From contig JALAGF010005407.1 of NCBI GenBank assembly GCA_030167865.1, positions 1-63,910 of the forward strand: DNA of 63,910 bases. The letters run 5' to 3'. Positions 10,840 through 22,900 of the stretch are shown here, one piece after another; position 1 is the first letter of the stretch, and every line of letters starts with the position of its first letter. Both the position numbers and the translations under genes were made by a program. Below the pieces are notes generated by a model. That model searched no databases, had not been told where the DNA came from, and saw only the letters and a program-made list of their open reading frames with translations. This stretch comes from Craspedostauros australis. Its lineage: Eukaryota.

Positions 10840-12876
10840 CTACCGAAGATACGGCTCGAGGTCGGGTGGCATTGGAACATCGGGGATTTCTCTGACGTCG
10901 GCTTCACAATCCAGGATAATCGCAACGACCTCGCTGGAAATGTCGGCGTCCTTGCTGCGCGCTTGAATCTCCTTGGCGATCTTGTGCAGCCGCGCCTTGT
11001 ACAGGGCCTTGACGCGGTGCTCCGTGATGCAGAATTTGGTGCGATCGGCCAGCTCGGCTCTGTATTTCGGCAGGTACCGATTCCTGCACTTGCTGGATGC
11101 AATTTCCTTCTTCTGCACCGACTGGGCCTTCTTCTGCGCAAATTCACGAAGGCTTTGGAACTTTTCATTCAACGCATCGGCTTCTTTCTTGAGCGCCGTG
11201 GTCTCCTTGTCGATGGCCTTCGTTTCTTTTCGCAGTTGCGCCTTCATCTCTCGCAATCGCTTGTTTTCCTCCTGCATGTAATCGATCATATTGGATCCCT
11301 GCTTGCGGATCTCCTGCAGCTTCTTCTCCTCGCTGGACATGCCGTCCTTGAGGACCTTCTTGAGGCTCTTCTTCTTTGCCGCGTGGTCCTTCTTCATCTC
11401 TTTAAGTTCGGCCTTCGTCGTTTTTGGAATGTTCTTGAGAGCCCTCTCGATCTGCTTAATTCTCTTCTTGTTCTTTTCTCGCCTTCTCTTGATGTTGATG
11501 AGCCTTTGAAATTCCTTGCGCGGCAGCACCGCCCTCCAGACCGCCTGTATCTTGGTGGCCGCACGCTGCATCTTCGCCTCCAGCTCCCGCTGCGCCTTGA
11601 GCCGCCGCAGTCTCTCCTTGTTCGCCTTGCGCAGCTTGGGGTACTGCTTCCTTCTGTACCAGCCAATGACGATGGCGTACACCTTTTGCTCTGCCATCTT
11701 CTGCTTCTCATCCAACGCCGCCAGTCGTGCTTTCTCTCGCTGCCTGAATTTGCGCACCGCCTCCGGCAAGTTCCTGTCGTCGTCATCCATCTCATGAGCG
11801 TACTTGCCGGACGAAGCGCCGGTTCTTGCCCGCCTTCTCTCGGCCAGCTTCTTTTCCACGTTGGGGATCTTGGCTTCAATTTTGATGTCGGCGATGTGCC
11901 CCATCGAATTGGAGGATGCCTTTCTGGACGGCTTCTTGCCGCTCTTGTCCTTGGGCCTCGCATCCATCTGCTTGCCCATGTACGATCCGCTGTACTGGCT
12001 AAACCTGGAGGCGGCGCTGCTCTTTTTGACCTGCATGGGCGACTTTGCCTGGAAGGAGATGGCGTGCTTCTTGGGCTTGCCTGGCGTATCCTGGCCGGAC
12101 TTGTGGGAGCTGAAGGATCCGATGGAGTTGTGGAAGGATGGGCTGTTGAGCGTGCCTTGGGTGATTGAGCCGCTGGCGGGCTTGCTGCCACCGTTGGATG
12201 AGCTGTCCACCAGAGGCAGCGAGAAACTGCCTAGCTTTGCTTTGCGTTTGGCATCGACTGTGGATCTGTTCGATGAAGGGCTCGGTGTGAAGGGCAGTCC
12301 GTTGAAGCCTCTGACGGTGGATTTCTTGGCCGACTTTGGCGTCATGCTGCCTCTGCCGATGTAGGATTGCGTCGAACTGCTGGTGTTGTTCTTGTTGCTG
12401 TTGTTTCTGTCATTGTTGCCGTTGCTGGTGCTGCCAAACTGCTTTGGGCTTTGCGTCTTGGGGCTCTGCTTCTGGGGACTGTGCGCCCTCGGACTGAGCA
12501 TCTTGGGGCTGAGAATCCTGGGTCTGGAGGACGACCTGGGCTTGGTGTTGGTGATGTTGTTGTTGTTGCTGCTGCTGCCAATGCCCAGGCTTTCTCTGGT
12601 GGAGGCTATGGAGCTGCGCCTCCGACTCCTGGTCGCATTGCCCTCAGGGCTGAACGGAACGCCGCCGATGGAAGGGAAGGTCGCATTGTTGCTGTTGCTG
12701 CCGTTGCTGCCACTTTTGCCATTCGATCCGTACTTCGGTTTGCGGCTTCTGTGCGGGCTCTTGGTGCCATCCCTGAGCTCGGAGAAGGACGCTGCGAGGT
12801 TGCCGCTGGAGTTGTGCAGCCTGGCAACTGCCGCAGCGAACTGGCTCTGCTTGCCACTGTCCTCGTCCTTTCCCAT
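10840..12876 (-). CDS. 678-aa Ser/Lys-rich protein with IQ motif and C-terminal coiled-coil domain; paralog of 7792-10254
   Basis: IQ-like AATKIQAVWRAVLPRK. C-terminal CRNRYLPKYRAEL...TEHRVKALYK...KIAK. Confidence 0.85.
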   Translation of the reverse strand: MGKDEDSGKQSQFAAAVARLHNSSGNLAASFSELRDGTKSPHRSRKPKYGSNGKSGSNGSNSNNATFPSIGGVPFSPEGNATRSRRRSSIASTRESLGIGSSSNNNNITNTKPRSSSRPRILSPKMLSPRAHSPQKQSPKTQSPKQFGSTSNGNNDRNNSNKNNTSSSTQSYIGRGSMTPKSAKKSTVRGFNGLPFTPSPSSNRSTVDAKRKAKLGSFSLPLVDSSSNGGSKPASGSITQGTLNSPSFHNSIGSFSSHKSGQDTPGKPKKHAISFQAKSPMQVKKSSAASRFSQYSGSYMGKQMDARPKDKSGKKPSRKASSNSMGHIADIKIEAKIPNVEKKLAERRRARTGASSGKYAHEMDDDDRNLPEAVRKFRQREKARLAALDEKQKMAEQKVYAIVIGWYRRKQYPKLRKANKERLRRLKAQRELEAKMQRAATKIQAVWRAVLPRKEFQRLINIKRRREKNKKRIKQIERALKNIPKTTKAELKEMKKDHAAKKKSLKKVLKDGMSSEEKKLQEIRKQGSNMIDYMQEENKRLREMKAQLRKETKAIDKETTALKKEADALNEKFQSLREFAQKKAQSVQKKEIASSKCRNRYLPKYRAELADRTKFCITEHRVKALYKARLHKIAKEIQARSKDADISSEVVAIILDCEADVREIPDVPMPPDLEPYLR

Positions 12877-14205
12877 CTTATCGTTGTTTCAGTTTCTGTT
12901 TCAGTTGCTATGTCAGTTGCTATGCTATTGAGGTGATCGTGCTTCGCTTCGTGCGCTTGTGGCGTGCTGTGCGACCCACTGACAATGATACTGGCGATGA
13001 TACTGATACGAACTGTGTTTCTCTCCGTTGTGTGGTGCTCTCGTGCTGATGGATGATTGCGCAACCGGACACACAGGCGTCGTCAAGAGTGCTCCCTTCT
13101 GCGACGTTTGTCCTCCAGAGGGTTGCTGTTGCGTTTGCGTTTGCTGATGTGGATGATGTATCACTGCTACCCTCTGTGACTGTGCGCCCTTACATGCTTC
13201 CGTTCGAAGAAATCACCAACCCCAACTTCCCAAGGGGACAAAGTACCCGCGCTCAATGATGTGCCCTCGACTCAAACCGGCTGTGCCAGGCCACTGGCGA
13301 AATCCAAATCGTGATGGATCGCTGGGTCACAAGATGAGAACTTTGCTTTCGTTCGCCACCAGCATGTCCGCGCTCGCATCCGCAAAGAGCATACGATGTG
13401 GTCGTGGCGAGCAAGAATGTGCGAGCCGCTCGGCAACAACTCCCACGAATGGTCGTGCTTGCCTCCTTCCTTTCGCGGTGCGGTTCCGTGTGTCGCACCG
13501 TTCCTCCCCGGACTCCCTCAGACATGAAATGCCATTTTCGATGTACGTTTGCCGTGGTTGACGTGGAGTGTCTTTTTGGCTTTTTTCTGTCTTGCCGATT
13601 TGTCGCATCATCACTGGTTCTATCAATCTCTCGGCGAGTTCAGTCACGAAATGAAACCTAAAGTGGAGCACATGTGAAGGGGGCATGGGTATCAAAGCGC
13701 CGTCATCGGGTGTCCCATCGGTTAAACCACACCACAATAGCCTTTCGCCAAAGACAAATAAAACAGCTCGTGAGGGCCTGTCGGAATCATGTGTTCCACA
13801 CAAGCAAATCGTTGGCGTCCCGTGACTAGCTGATTCACGCATGTGTCGCAAGAAGAAGAGACGGGGGTGATTAACGGGGTGCCCCAAAATAAACGATACG
13901 CCCCCACAAACATCTTTCCCAACTTCAACCACACGACGCTTTCTCTTCTTTCGACAAACACACAACAAACGCCGACAGACGCGACAGCCGATGCAACCAC
14001 CGCAACCACCGCGGCAACCTCAACGCGCTTGCTGCCGACACAACACCAAAGCACAGTTCCCGAGACTACCAACTTGTATTCTACTTGGACCATCCTCGAA
14101 CGAGAGCCATACCATACGCACGTACGAGTTACGACAGGTCATCCTGCAAGAGCAACAGAGTATTAGTACCAGCACAAACAGCACTACCGGTTCCAATACG
14201 CCAGG

Positions 14206-15396
14206 ATGAGGTTGTCCGCAGGTCATTTTTACATTTCGGTCGCCCCGTTGGTTTCCTTCGCGATTTCTACGTCTGCATGGGCTCCAGCATCGCGACAGGT
14301 CGGGGATTGGATCCGTCGCGGCCGCGGGGACGGCATCGACAGCAATGGTAGGACACTAGTCGCAAGAGCAGCGCAAGATGCAGTCGAGGAGGTCCAGCAT
14401 GGCGACGATGTCGATGGCATCGATGACATGTTCCAAAGATTCGTCGCGTTCCTGCGAAAAAGTCAGCTAGAGATCATCGAGCAAGTCGAGGCGATGGATG
14501 GATCGGGAGAGTCGTTCACAAAGGATGCGTGGGGAGTCTTTGCGGAAGGCGACGGCGATGACAGCGACGACGTTGCGAGCATCGGAAATGGTGGAATCAC
14601 CAGAGTGCTGCAGCGCGGCGACATCATCGAGAAAGGCGCATGCTCCTTCACGCTGATCCAAGGAGCCACATTGTCAGAGGAACGCGCCGCGGCCATTCGA
14701 TCGCGACAGGACGTCAACGTCAAGCCGGGTGACACGTACTCTGCGGCAGCACTGAGCATGGTGCTGCACACGAGAAGCCCGATGATCCCCACCTTCCGAT
14801 CCGACGTACGCATTTTCTGCGTCAATTCGGATGGATCGCAAAAGATCGCATGGCTTGGCGGCGGGGCGGACCTCACGCCGTACTTCCTCTTCGACGAGGA
14901 TATCACAGAATTCCATGACCTCTACAGGGACGTCTGCGAGGGCAATCCGGAAGATTTCTCCTACCCGGTCCTCAAGAAGGCGTGCGACGACTACTTCTAC
15001 CTGCCCGCCAGATCGGAGCACCGTGGCACGGGAGGCGTCTTCTTTGATGACCTCATGGTGACTGAGCAGAGCATCCAGTTCGCGCAGAACATCGCCAACT
15101 CGTGGATGCCTTCCTGGTTCCCCATCATCGACAGACGACGAGACCTGTCCTTCACGGAGCAGCAGAAGCAGTGGCAGCTGATGCGTCGCGGGCGGTACCT
15201 CGAGTTCAACCTGCTCTACGATCGCGGGGTCAAGTTCGGATTGGCGAATGCCAACCCCCGAGTGGAAGGAGTGATGGTGTCCGCACCGCCACTCATCGCC
15301 TGGGAATACAACTACAAGGTGGAAGAAGGCAGCGAGGAGGACAGGCTGGTGCAAATTCTGAAGCAGCCAAAGGAATGGACCACGCCAAGAGACTGA
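14206..15396 (+). CDS. hemF: Oxygen-dependent coproporphyrinogen III oxidase, plastid-targeted
   Basis: Motifs GGITRVLQ..IEKG, GGGADLTPY, KKACDDYFYLPARSEHRGTGGVFFDDL and RRGRYLEFNLLYDRGVKFGL. Presequence ends TSA-WAP. Confidence 0.97.
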   Translation: MRLSAGHFYISVAPLVSFAISTSAWAPASRQVGDWIRRGRGDGIDSNGRTLVARAAQDAVEEVQHGDDVDGIDDMFQRFVAFLRKSQLEIIEQVEAMDGSGESFTKDAWGVFAEGDGDDSDDVASIGNGGITRVLQRGDIIEKGACSFTLIQGATLSEERAAAIRSRQDVNVKPGDTYSAAALSMVLHTRSPMIPTFRSDVRIFCVNSDGSQKIAWLGGGADLTPYFLFDEDITEFHDLYRDVCEGNPEDFSYPVLKKACDDYFYLPARSEHRGTGGVFFDDLMVTEQSIQFAQNIANSWMPSWFPIIDRRRDLSFTEQQKQWQLMRRGRYLEFNLLYDRGVKFGLANANPRVEGVMVSAPPLIAWEYNYKVEEGSEEDRLVQILKQPKEWTTPRD

Positions 15397-16998
15397 CGCT
15401 TACCATGGCAACGGAATGACAATGTGATAATATGTAGGACCGGATGGCATCATTGTGTGCTGGAACGATGGACTCCGCAACAGGACACAGTGCCGTCGCT
15501 CTCTCTCTCGTACTTCCTGGATGTCGCAGTAGCTCGTGTAATATGTATTATATGATGGAAGATGGAGACGTGCAATATCTGCTCATCTCTAGAGTTTTAG
15601 ATGCCACGATATTAGATTGTACTGTGGAGTTGTGCGTCTCATATTATGGTATTCTATGTAATATTAGAGTATGGTACTATACATGTGGACAAGGCCGTAC
15701 TCGTGCACGTTTATTTGGGTGTCAGATGATATACCTGGCCTTCGTCAGATATTGGTTCATTTGGGTGCTCATGGCCAAGCGATTTTGGATGAATCGCCCC
15801 CATTTGCGCGCACAACCATGACTCTTTCCGCACCAATTTTTGTGAAGAACAGTCATTGAGACATCTCACAAACACCAACTTTGGCGTTTGTGCTTCCCTT
15901 GGTTTCGTTCTGCGAACAGGGGAGGCTTGTGCTGCGGCAGCGCGGTGAAGAAGTGTTCACACAAACACACCTTTCTCTGCGCACAAACGCGACGCAGCGT
16001 CATCCTCCGAAACCGGTCATTTGCCCTCGCTCGGTTGCACCTGATGCGCGCGAGTCGTTCGTGCGAGTCGAAAGAACGCGATCCGCTGTCGGAAGCATTC
16101 ACAACTCGGAGAGGCACAAGGGAGAAGAACGGAACCGCAGCGCAAGGAGACGCTGTGTGACACAACAAGAGAATCATTTCGCGTTTCTCCCTTGTTTCTG
16201 CCCTGTATCGGTATTCGAGAACCAAGGAAGATCGCACTCCGCAAGGCATCTTCGCCATCCTGTCCCTTCTCTTGTTGCTCTGTGACTGCAACAACTTCGA
16301 TCGTGGTCACCGGAACAAAAGAGGCTGCCGCCACCCACAGAGCCTCGGTACGACTAGGTTTGGATCCAACCTCCCCCTGGATGGCAACAGAGACGAACAG
16401 GAACGGAAGCAAAACGAAAAGGGTGTTGCACGTACATAGCTCCGCCTTTGTGGCTCATCGTGTCCATCAAGCCCCCAACCGCCGGCCAGGAACATCCAGC
16501 TCAGCAAAGCATCACAGCGACACGGACTGCTCCTTGCTGTCCCGTCGCAGAGCATTGTGCGAACCCATCATCGCTCGTCAGCTCCAGGCAGACTATCGTC
16601 ATCCTTCCAATACATCGCGGCGGATCAAGACAGATCGTAGCAGAGTGCAAGTCATCCACCAACCTCTCTACGTATCCATCCATCCATCCATCCAACTTAT
16701 TTCATCCACTTATTTCATCCATCCACCAATCGACCGCGCTGGAGTTGGCAACTGTCTGCATCTGGGTGCTTCTGGCCGCATCGGGCCCATCACAGTGAAG
16801 CTCACCGACATACCGCACCACACGAAAGTATTGCGGTTCCAAAGTGCAAAAACGCCCTCCAGATCCTGACCTCGCACAGACAGACAGCGACCTTGAGCAG
16901 TGCCATCCATTGTTTGACGCTTCAAAGTCAGAGCCGTAGCCATAGCCACAGCCACATTCATCGCCACATTCATCGCCACAGCCACAGGCACCACCAGC

Positions 16999-19900
16999 AT
17001 GTCGGAAGTGAGGCAAGTCGACCCGACGGCAGAAGAATTGGAGGCGATCATCTGCATGCAGGCATTCTTCCGAGGATGCATCTGCAGGCAGAAAGTCAGC
17101 GAATGGATCGCCGTGCTCATTGAGGAGCTCAGGGTCGCACAGGATTCCGATGAAGCGGATGAGTTTGAAGAAGACGATGGCATGTCCCTCGACAATGACT
17201 CGAGGCACACCGACGCCAGCCTCGAAGAGATCGACAGCAGGTCGGAGGACGGTGATGCCGACCAACCCAAACCAGTACCTGCTGTGAGCGCATCTCCAGC
17301 TCTGCCAAATGCCGACGAAAGCACCGCGCAGGAGGACCAGGATGAAGGAGAGGAGGATCCATCCAGTCTTCGATCGAGCAACCACGATGAGGGCACTGCC
17401 AGCGACTCTGCAACCAACAAGGCTGGTGTTGGCCCAGATGCCGTAGTCGTCACGCCAGTGGAACACAAGATAGACGAAAAGAGCAAGGGCAAGAGCAAGG
17501 GTGATGCAAGTGTCAGCAAGTCCAAGAAGACCAGCAAGAAGTCGAAGCAGTCCAAAAAGTCCAAGTCGTCCAAGAAGAAAGGCTCATTACTCGACACAAA
17601 TGATGCAAACAAACCATCTTTCTCTGAGGCGTCCAAGACGACTGCCCGACGGAGTCTGGAGCGACAGGATAGCTGGGTCGCGAAGCAATTCTCAAAGGGC
17701 CAGGATCGCAAAGGCGGCACGTCCAGCCGAAAATCCAGCAGCCTCATCTCTCCCATGGAGGATCTGCAGGAGTCCAACGACGAACTCAACGAGGAGACAC
17801 CGCAGCTCAAGACAAAAAGTGGCACATCTTCCTCGAAGGGCAGCAGCAAATCCAAATCCGCATCCCGCAGCTCCAAGCGCAGCCCGATATCAAAGAAGAA
17901 GAAGAAGGCGGGCGCAGACGTTGCGTCGGACGACGAAATTGTTACCCTCAAGCTTGATGGCGGCGCAGACAAGCAATCGCTCTCCGGGTCCACTTCGGAC
18001 GACGAATTCGAGGTCATCGATGGACTGCGATTCCCCAAAAGCCTGCCGCAGTCCTTCTTGTCCGACTCCGACGTGTCAGTCTCCAGCGATGATGACAGCA
18101 GCGATCTCGACTCGTGGAATGGGACGCTGGATACGCAGCAGCTGTCCGACAGTGGGAACGTGGACAGCAACGCCTCCGTCGCATCCTCCATCATGTCCTC
18201 CACCCCGTCTGTGAGCGACGCGCGTGCCGCCTTTGAATCGCGACAGAGCAAAGACACGTCCAGCGGCAGCCGAAAAGGAACTCGGCGCAAGTCCGAAGCT
18301 CCCGGCAAATCGAGAAAGGACCCCGATGTCTTGGATTTTGCGGCTCGCCAATACGTGCTTCATTCCTCTGCGACTCGGATCCAGGCGACCGTCCGGGGAT
18401 ACCTTTACCGCAAGAAGGACTTCGAAGCAATGATGGATGTCATCGAATGGGTGCAACATTATCAGGAGAAGGAAGTCGAGACTGTCTCCCAGGCTGCTGC
18501 TCAGCAGGAGCAGATGAAGGATGCTGACAAACCGATTCCGGTGGAAGCAGTGAAGCGACGCAATGCTTTCTCAGAACGTCAAAACAAGCTCCACAAAGCC
18601 GCTGTGAAGATACAGGCCGCTGCCAGGGGTTTCCTCGCGAGGAAGGTGGACTACGGTGCCATGATGGATGCGTTGATGTGGATCGAAGAGTTCCGCGTCG
18701 TGGAGCAGGCCAACGAAAATCTCGAGAAATTGAAGGAGGAGAAAACCGTCCCCCAGTCGCAGTCCACGGACGCCCAGAGCAAGGGCGGTCCGAAACCACT
18801 CAGTGCGTTCGCGCAGAGGCAGTTGAAGCTGTTCAAGGCTGCTGTGGCAATCCAGTCTCTCGCACGTGGCTACTTGTGCCGCCGCGTCGACGTCAAAGCC
18901 GCAGTCAAGGCTGTCATGTGGGTCAAGGCCTTCCAGAAGGTGCATCCAGAAGTCAAGCAAGAGGACAGCAGTGCGGGAGAGGCCAGCAGCATGGATGGTT
19001 CCGAGCCATCTGCGGACGAAGAACGTCCGGAGGTCAACGACGTCGTCAAGGTGGTGTCCTTTTTCGAAAATGCCGGCCCCGAAAATGGACCCGCTACATT
19101 GCCATTTTCACAGAAGGATATCACAGGAGTACTGAACACCCACCAGTGGCTGCAGCAACGAGATGCACCATCGAAAGACTCCAATGCTGCAACGCGGACT
19201 GCAGGCGTGCGAGCATCAGCACCCGATCAACCAACTCTCCCCGCCGTTCAACGTGTAAAACCCAAGATGAAAGATCTCGTTAAGTTCTACGAATGGATGA
19301 GCACGAATGGTCTGACGTTCCCAGAACCAACCAACACATTTGGTGACGACGATAATGACGACGATGATGACGCCGCTAATGCACACGCCCCCATCCAAGC
19401 GCTAGAATCATTCGACCTTGAAAAGCCAATGACGGGCAGTCAAAAGGCTCAGCTGAAGGAGCTGAAAACACTCTGGAATTGGCTCGAATCCAAGGACATG
19501 GACATGGGCCAATTCACGGGACTGCAAACGCTCGTTGTCGACGAAAGCGGCAGCGCAGATCGTGCCCGGACTGCGCCCGATCAGCCAGTGTCGAAGGATG
19601 GAAGTGTCGAGGCAACTGACGGGCAGGACCAACCCCCATCCCTGGGCTCCATGGTGAAGTACTGGAATTTCTCCAAGGCCTTGATGTCTGGCACAAGCAA
19701 CGACGACGATAGCAGCGGCAGCGAACCCCTTGAGTGGGTCATCGACAACGACGACGATGACGACGTGGCTGGTGCAGCTGCGGGTGGTTCTGCTGGCTCT
19801 GCAGACAAGCGAGGCAATTCCTCGCAGTCACGTGGAAGGTCAAGAGGAGGCACACCAACGAGAGCACCATCAGAGTTGCAAAAGTACTCAGCCAAGGCCT

Positions 19901-22900
19901 CTGATGACGACAATGGAATGCCAATCAATTGGGTTGTTGATGACGAAACTGATGAAGACGATGGCAACAACGATAACGGTGCAGCAGGCTCTTCTTCGAA
20001 ACGACTCTCATCCATGCAGCATCATAAACAGCAGCAGGCACCGGGCAGACAACAGCGGCACGTCGAAATGCCATCTGCCCTCCAAAACCACGGCAAAGCC
20101 ACGGGTGACGACGGCGGTCCCATCGAATGGGTGGTGGACGATGAAAGTGACGAGGACGAGGATAAGGAAGGGGTGGGACCAATGCAGGGAGGACAGCAAA
20201 GGCAAAGGCAAAGGCCGCAGTCCAATAAAGCGCAGAGAGCCCGAGTTCCATCAGCCTTGCAAAAATACTCCGCAAATGCTGATGGTGATGATGGCGGCCC
20301 TATCGAATGGGTGGTAGACGACCATGACGACGACGACGACAGCGGCGCGGATCAGGGCAATGTTGAAGCGGGACCAGCGCGCGAAGGAGAACAGCGGCAG
20401 CGGCCGCAGTCCAGCGAGGTCCAGAAAGCCAGCGCGCCGTCCGTTCTTCAAAAGTACTCCGCAAATGCCAACGACGACGACGACGATGGCGGTCCTATCG
20501 AATGGGTGGTAGACGACGACGCCGATGATGACAATGGCGACGAAGATAAGGTGAGCGACGAGCTAGGACCGGCTCAAGGAGGAGAGCAGCGACAGCGGCA
20601 GCGGCAGCGATCACAGTCTAACAATGCCCAAAGAGCGAGAGTTCCATCTGCTCTACACAAGTACAAGGCCAAAAATGAAGACGACGAGGAAGGTCCTATT
20701 GCTTGGGTGGTCGATAGCGATGACGATGATAATGGTGTCGATGCAAACAGTGGTGGTACCGAGACTGCTGGAGGGCATGTCGATGATGCTGGCGCATCCC
20801 GAAGTCAACGTCCTGGCCACACGTCGCGGCAAAAGGTCAAGATGCCATCGTTTCTGCAGAAATATTCTAACCGCCAGGGCGGCGATGAAGATGCCCCCAT
20901 TGACTGGGTGGTCGACGACGTTGAAGAAGACGGTGGCGATGCCACAGCTTCAGGTCAGGTAAGCTCCAGCAGCCAAGAACCATCCCAAGCACGTCAGCGC
21001 CAACGTCCCAGCGCGGGCGCCAGAGCAGGTCAGCAGCGATCCAGGGTCCCATCAGCGCTGCAAAAGTACTCCGCAGCTGACAAAGACAACGACGACGGAC
21101 TGCCGATCGCTTGGGTGATCGACGAAGACGAAGATGAAGCGCCCGATAGTACTGATGATCCCAAAGACCAGCCGGGGGATATGGCAACACCCACACTCTC
21201 GAGACAGCGCCCTGCGAAGAACGCGGTGAGACCATCGAGGGTGCCATCCGAGCTGCAAAAGTTCGCCACCCGCACTGGAGAAGGCGCCGCTGACAACGAG
21301 GGCCCTATCGAGTGGGTGGTCGATGATGACGATGATGGCGGCGATGGCGACGCTGATGATAACCAACAGAAACAGAGTCACAAGCGTGCCGGTGCCGCCC
21401 AAAACAGGCAAGGCAAACTCTCCGAGCGGAGCGCTGGAACTGCATATGGAGCTCAAGGCATGGAAAGGCCGGGCAAAGCATCGCCACAGAGGCCTGCAAG
21501 CTCAGATGCTGGCAGGGCCTCGCAGGGAACAACGATGCCATCTGTCTTGAAGCGGTTCTCAGTCGCAGCGCGCGACGATGGCGCAGACAACGGGGCCCCT
21601 ATCGAGTGGGCTGTCGACGATGACGACGAGAGCGATGGCGAAGGTGAAGTGATGGGCGATGATACTACTCCCAAGCAAAAAACACATGATCAGTCGGACT
21701 GGAAACAGAGGTACGAGGTGGCGAAGAAACGCCCAACCACTCGAACTGGCGGACCGCCGAAGCTGCCATCAGTCTTGCAAAAGTATGCAACAAGCAACGA
21801 TGAGGAAGAGGAAGATCAAGGCCCAATTCAGTGGGTCGTCGATGACGAAGACGCTGAGGCTGAGGCTGAGGCCGAGGATGGTAGCAAGAAGACTGTGGTG
21901 AAGGGCGACAGCAGGCCCACATCCAGTGGCAAGGGTCTTGGCAGCCAGCAGTTGGCAAACAACAAACCTGGAGTGGACGCGCAGAGACGTCGACCATCAT
22001 CACGAACGGGCGCTCGAGCAAAGATCCCGTCCATCTTGCAAAAGTATTCAGCCCGCACTGACGACGATGGCGACGAGCAGGGCCCCATACGATGGGTGAT
22101 TGATGAAGATGAAGATGACGACGGCGGCGTCGGCGACGACAACCGCAACGAGATCCCAGGAAAGAATGTTGCGTCCAATTCGCAAGGAGCCACTTCGCAA
22201 CAGACTTTGCAAACACAGGGTAGAGGGGGGAAGGCACGACCAGGCCTCGGAGAGAAAGAACCATCCTTTGTGAAAAGGTATTCCGTCCGAGCAGAATCGG
22301 CGGAGGGCCTCCCGATCGCGTGGGATGTGTACGATTCCTCGGATGATGACGCTCTCGGCGAAAATGAAAAGACCGACGCCAAGCGGCCACGAAACACCCC
22401 AGCAGCCCCGAATCCAACAAGGAGCACCAGGCATGACAAGATGATGAACGCTCTCTCGTGGCTTTCCACGGCAGGTCTCAACGTCGACAAGATGGAGAGG
22501 AAAGGTGGCAAGAAAGAGGGCGCGAAACTCTCATCTTCCCATCAAGAAAATGAAACCAAGAAGACAGAACCTGCGATTTCATCGACGCCATCCTCATCGT
22601 CGGGTGCAACAAAGGGACCAGCCGAGACTTTGCGCGTGAATGCGCCAAAGAGACCATCCAAGTCGTCGCACAACGACATGAAGACTTCACTCGCTTGGTT
22701 GGAGAAGAAAGGCATTTCAACTGGCAAGCTGAAGAAGCCGACAAGCCGCAAACAGAGACAGTCAAGCGCCCCCTCTGTCAGTGATATGGAGAGTGCCATG
22801 AAATGGATCGAGCAACAGGGCACCAAGGCCAAGACTCCCAACGCAAAGACATCGACCAAATCGTCGGCCAACAACATCGACATGAAGGCTCCGTCGAAGG

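Noticed and set aside
10678..12168. 496-aa plus-strand ORF, and similar long ORFs at 16710-18308, 30464-31660, 55427-56650, 3418-4326 and 8760-9635
   Set aside because: Antisense shadows of GC-rich real genes, with L/V/G- or S-rich composition and no motifs.
19636..22350. Repeat-spacer periodicity superficially like a CRISPR array
   Set aside because: Repeats are conserved at protein level with synonymous variation, lie in frame in a long ORF, and have long variable spacers. No cas genes; eukaryotic context.
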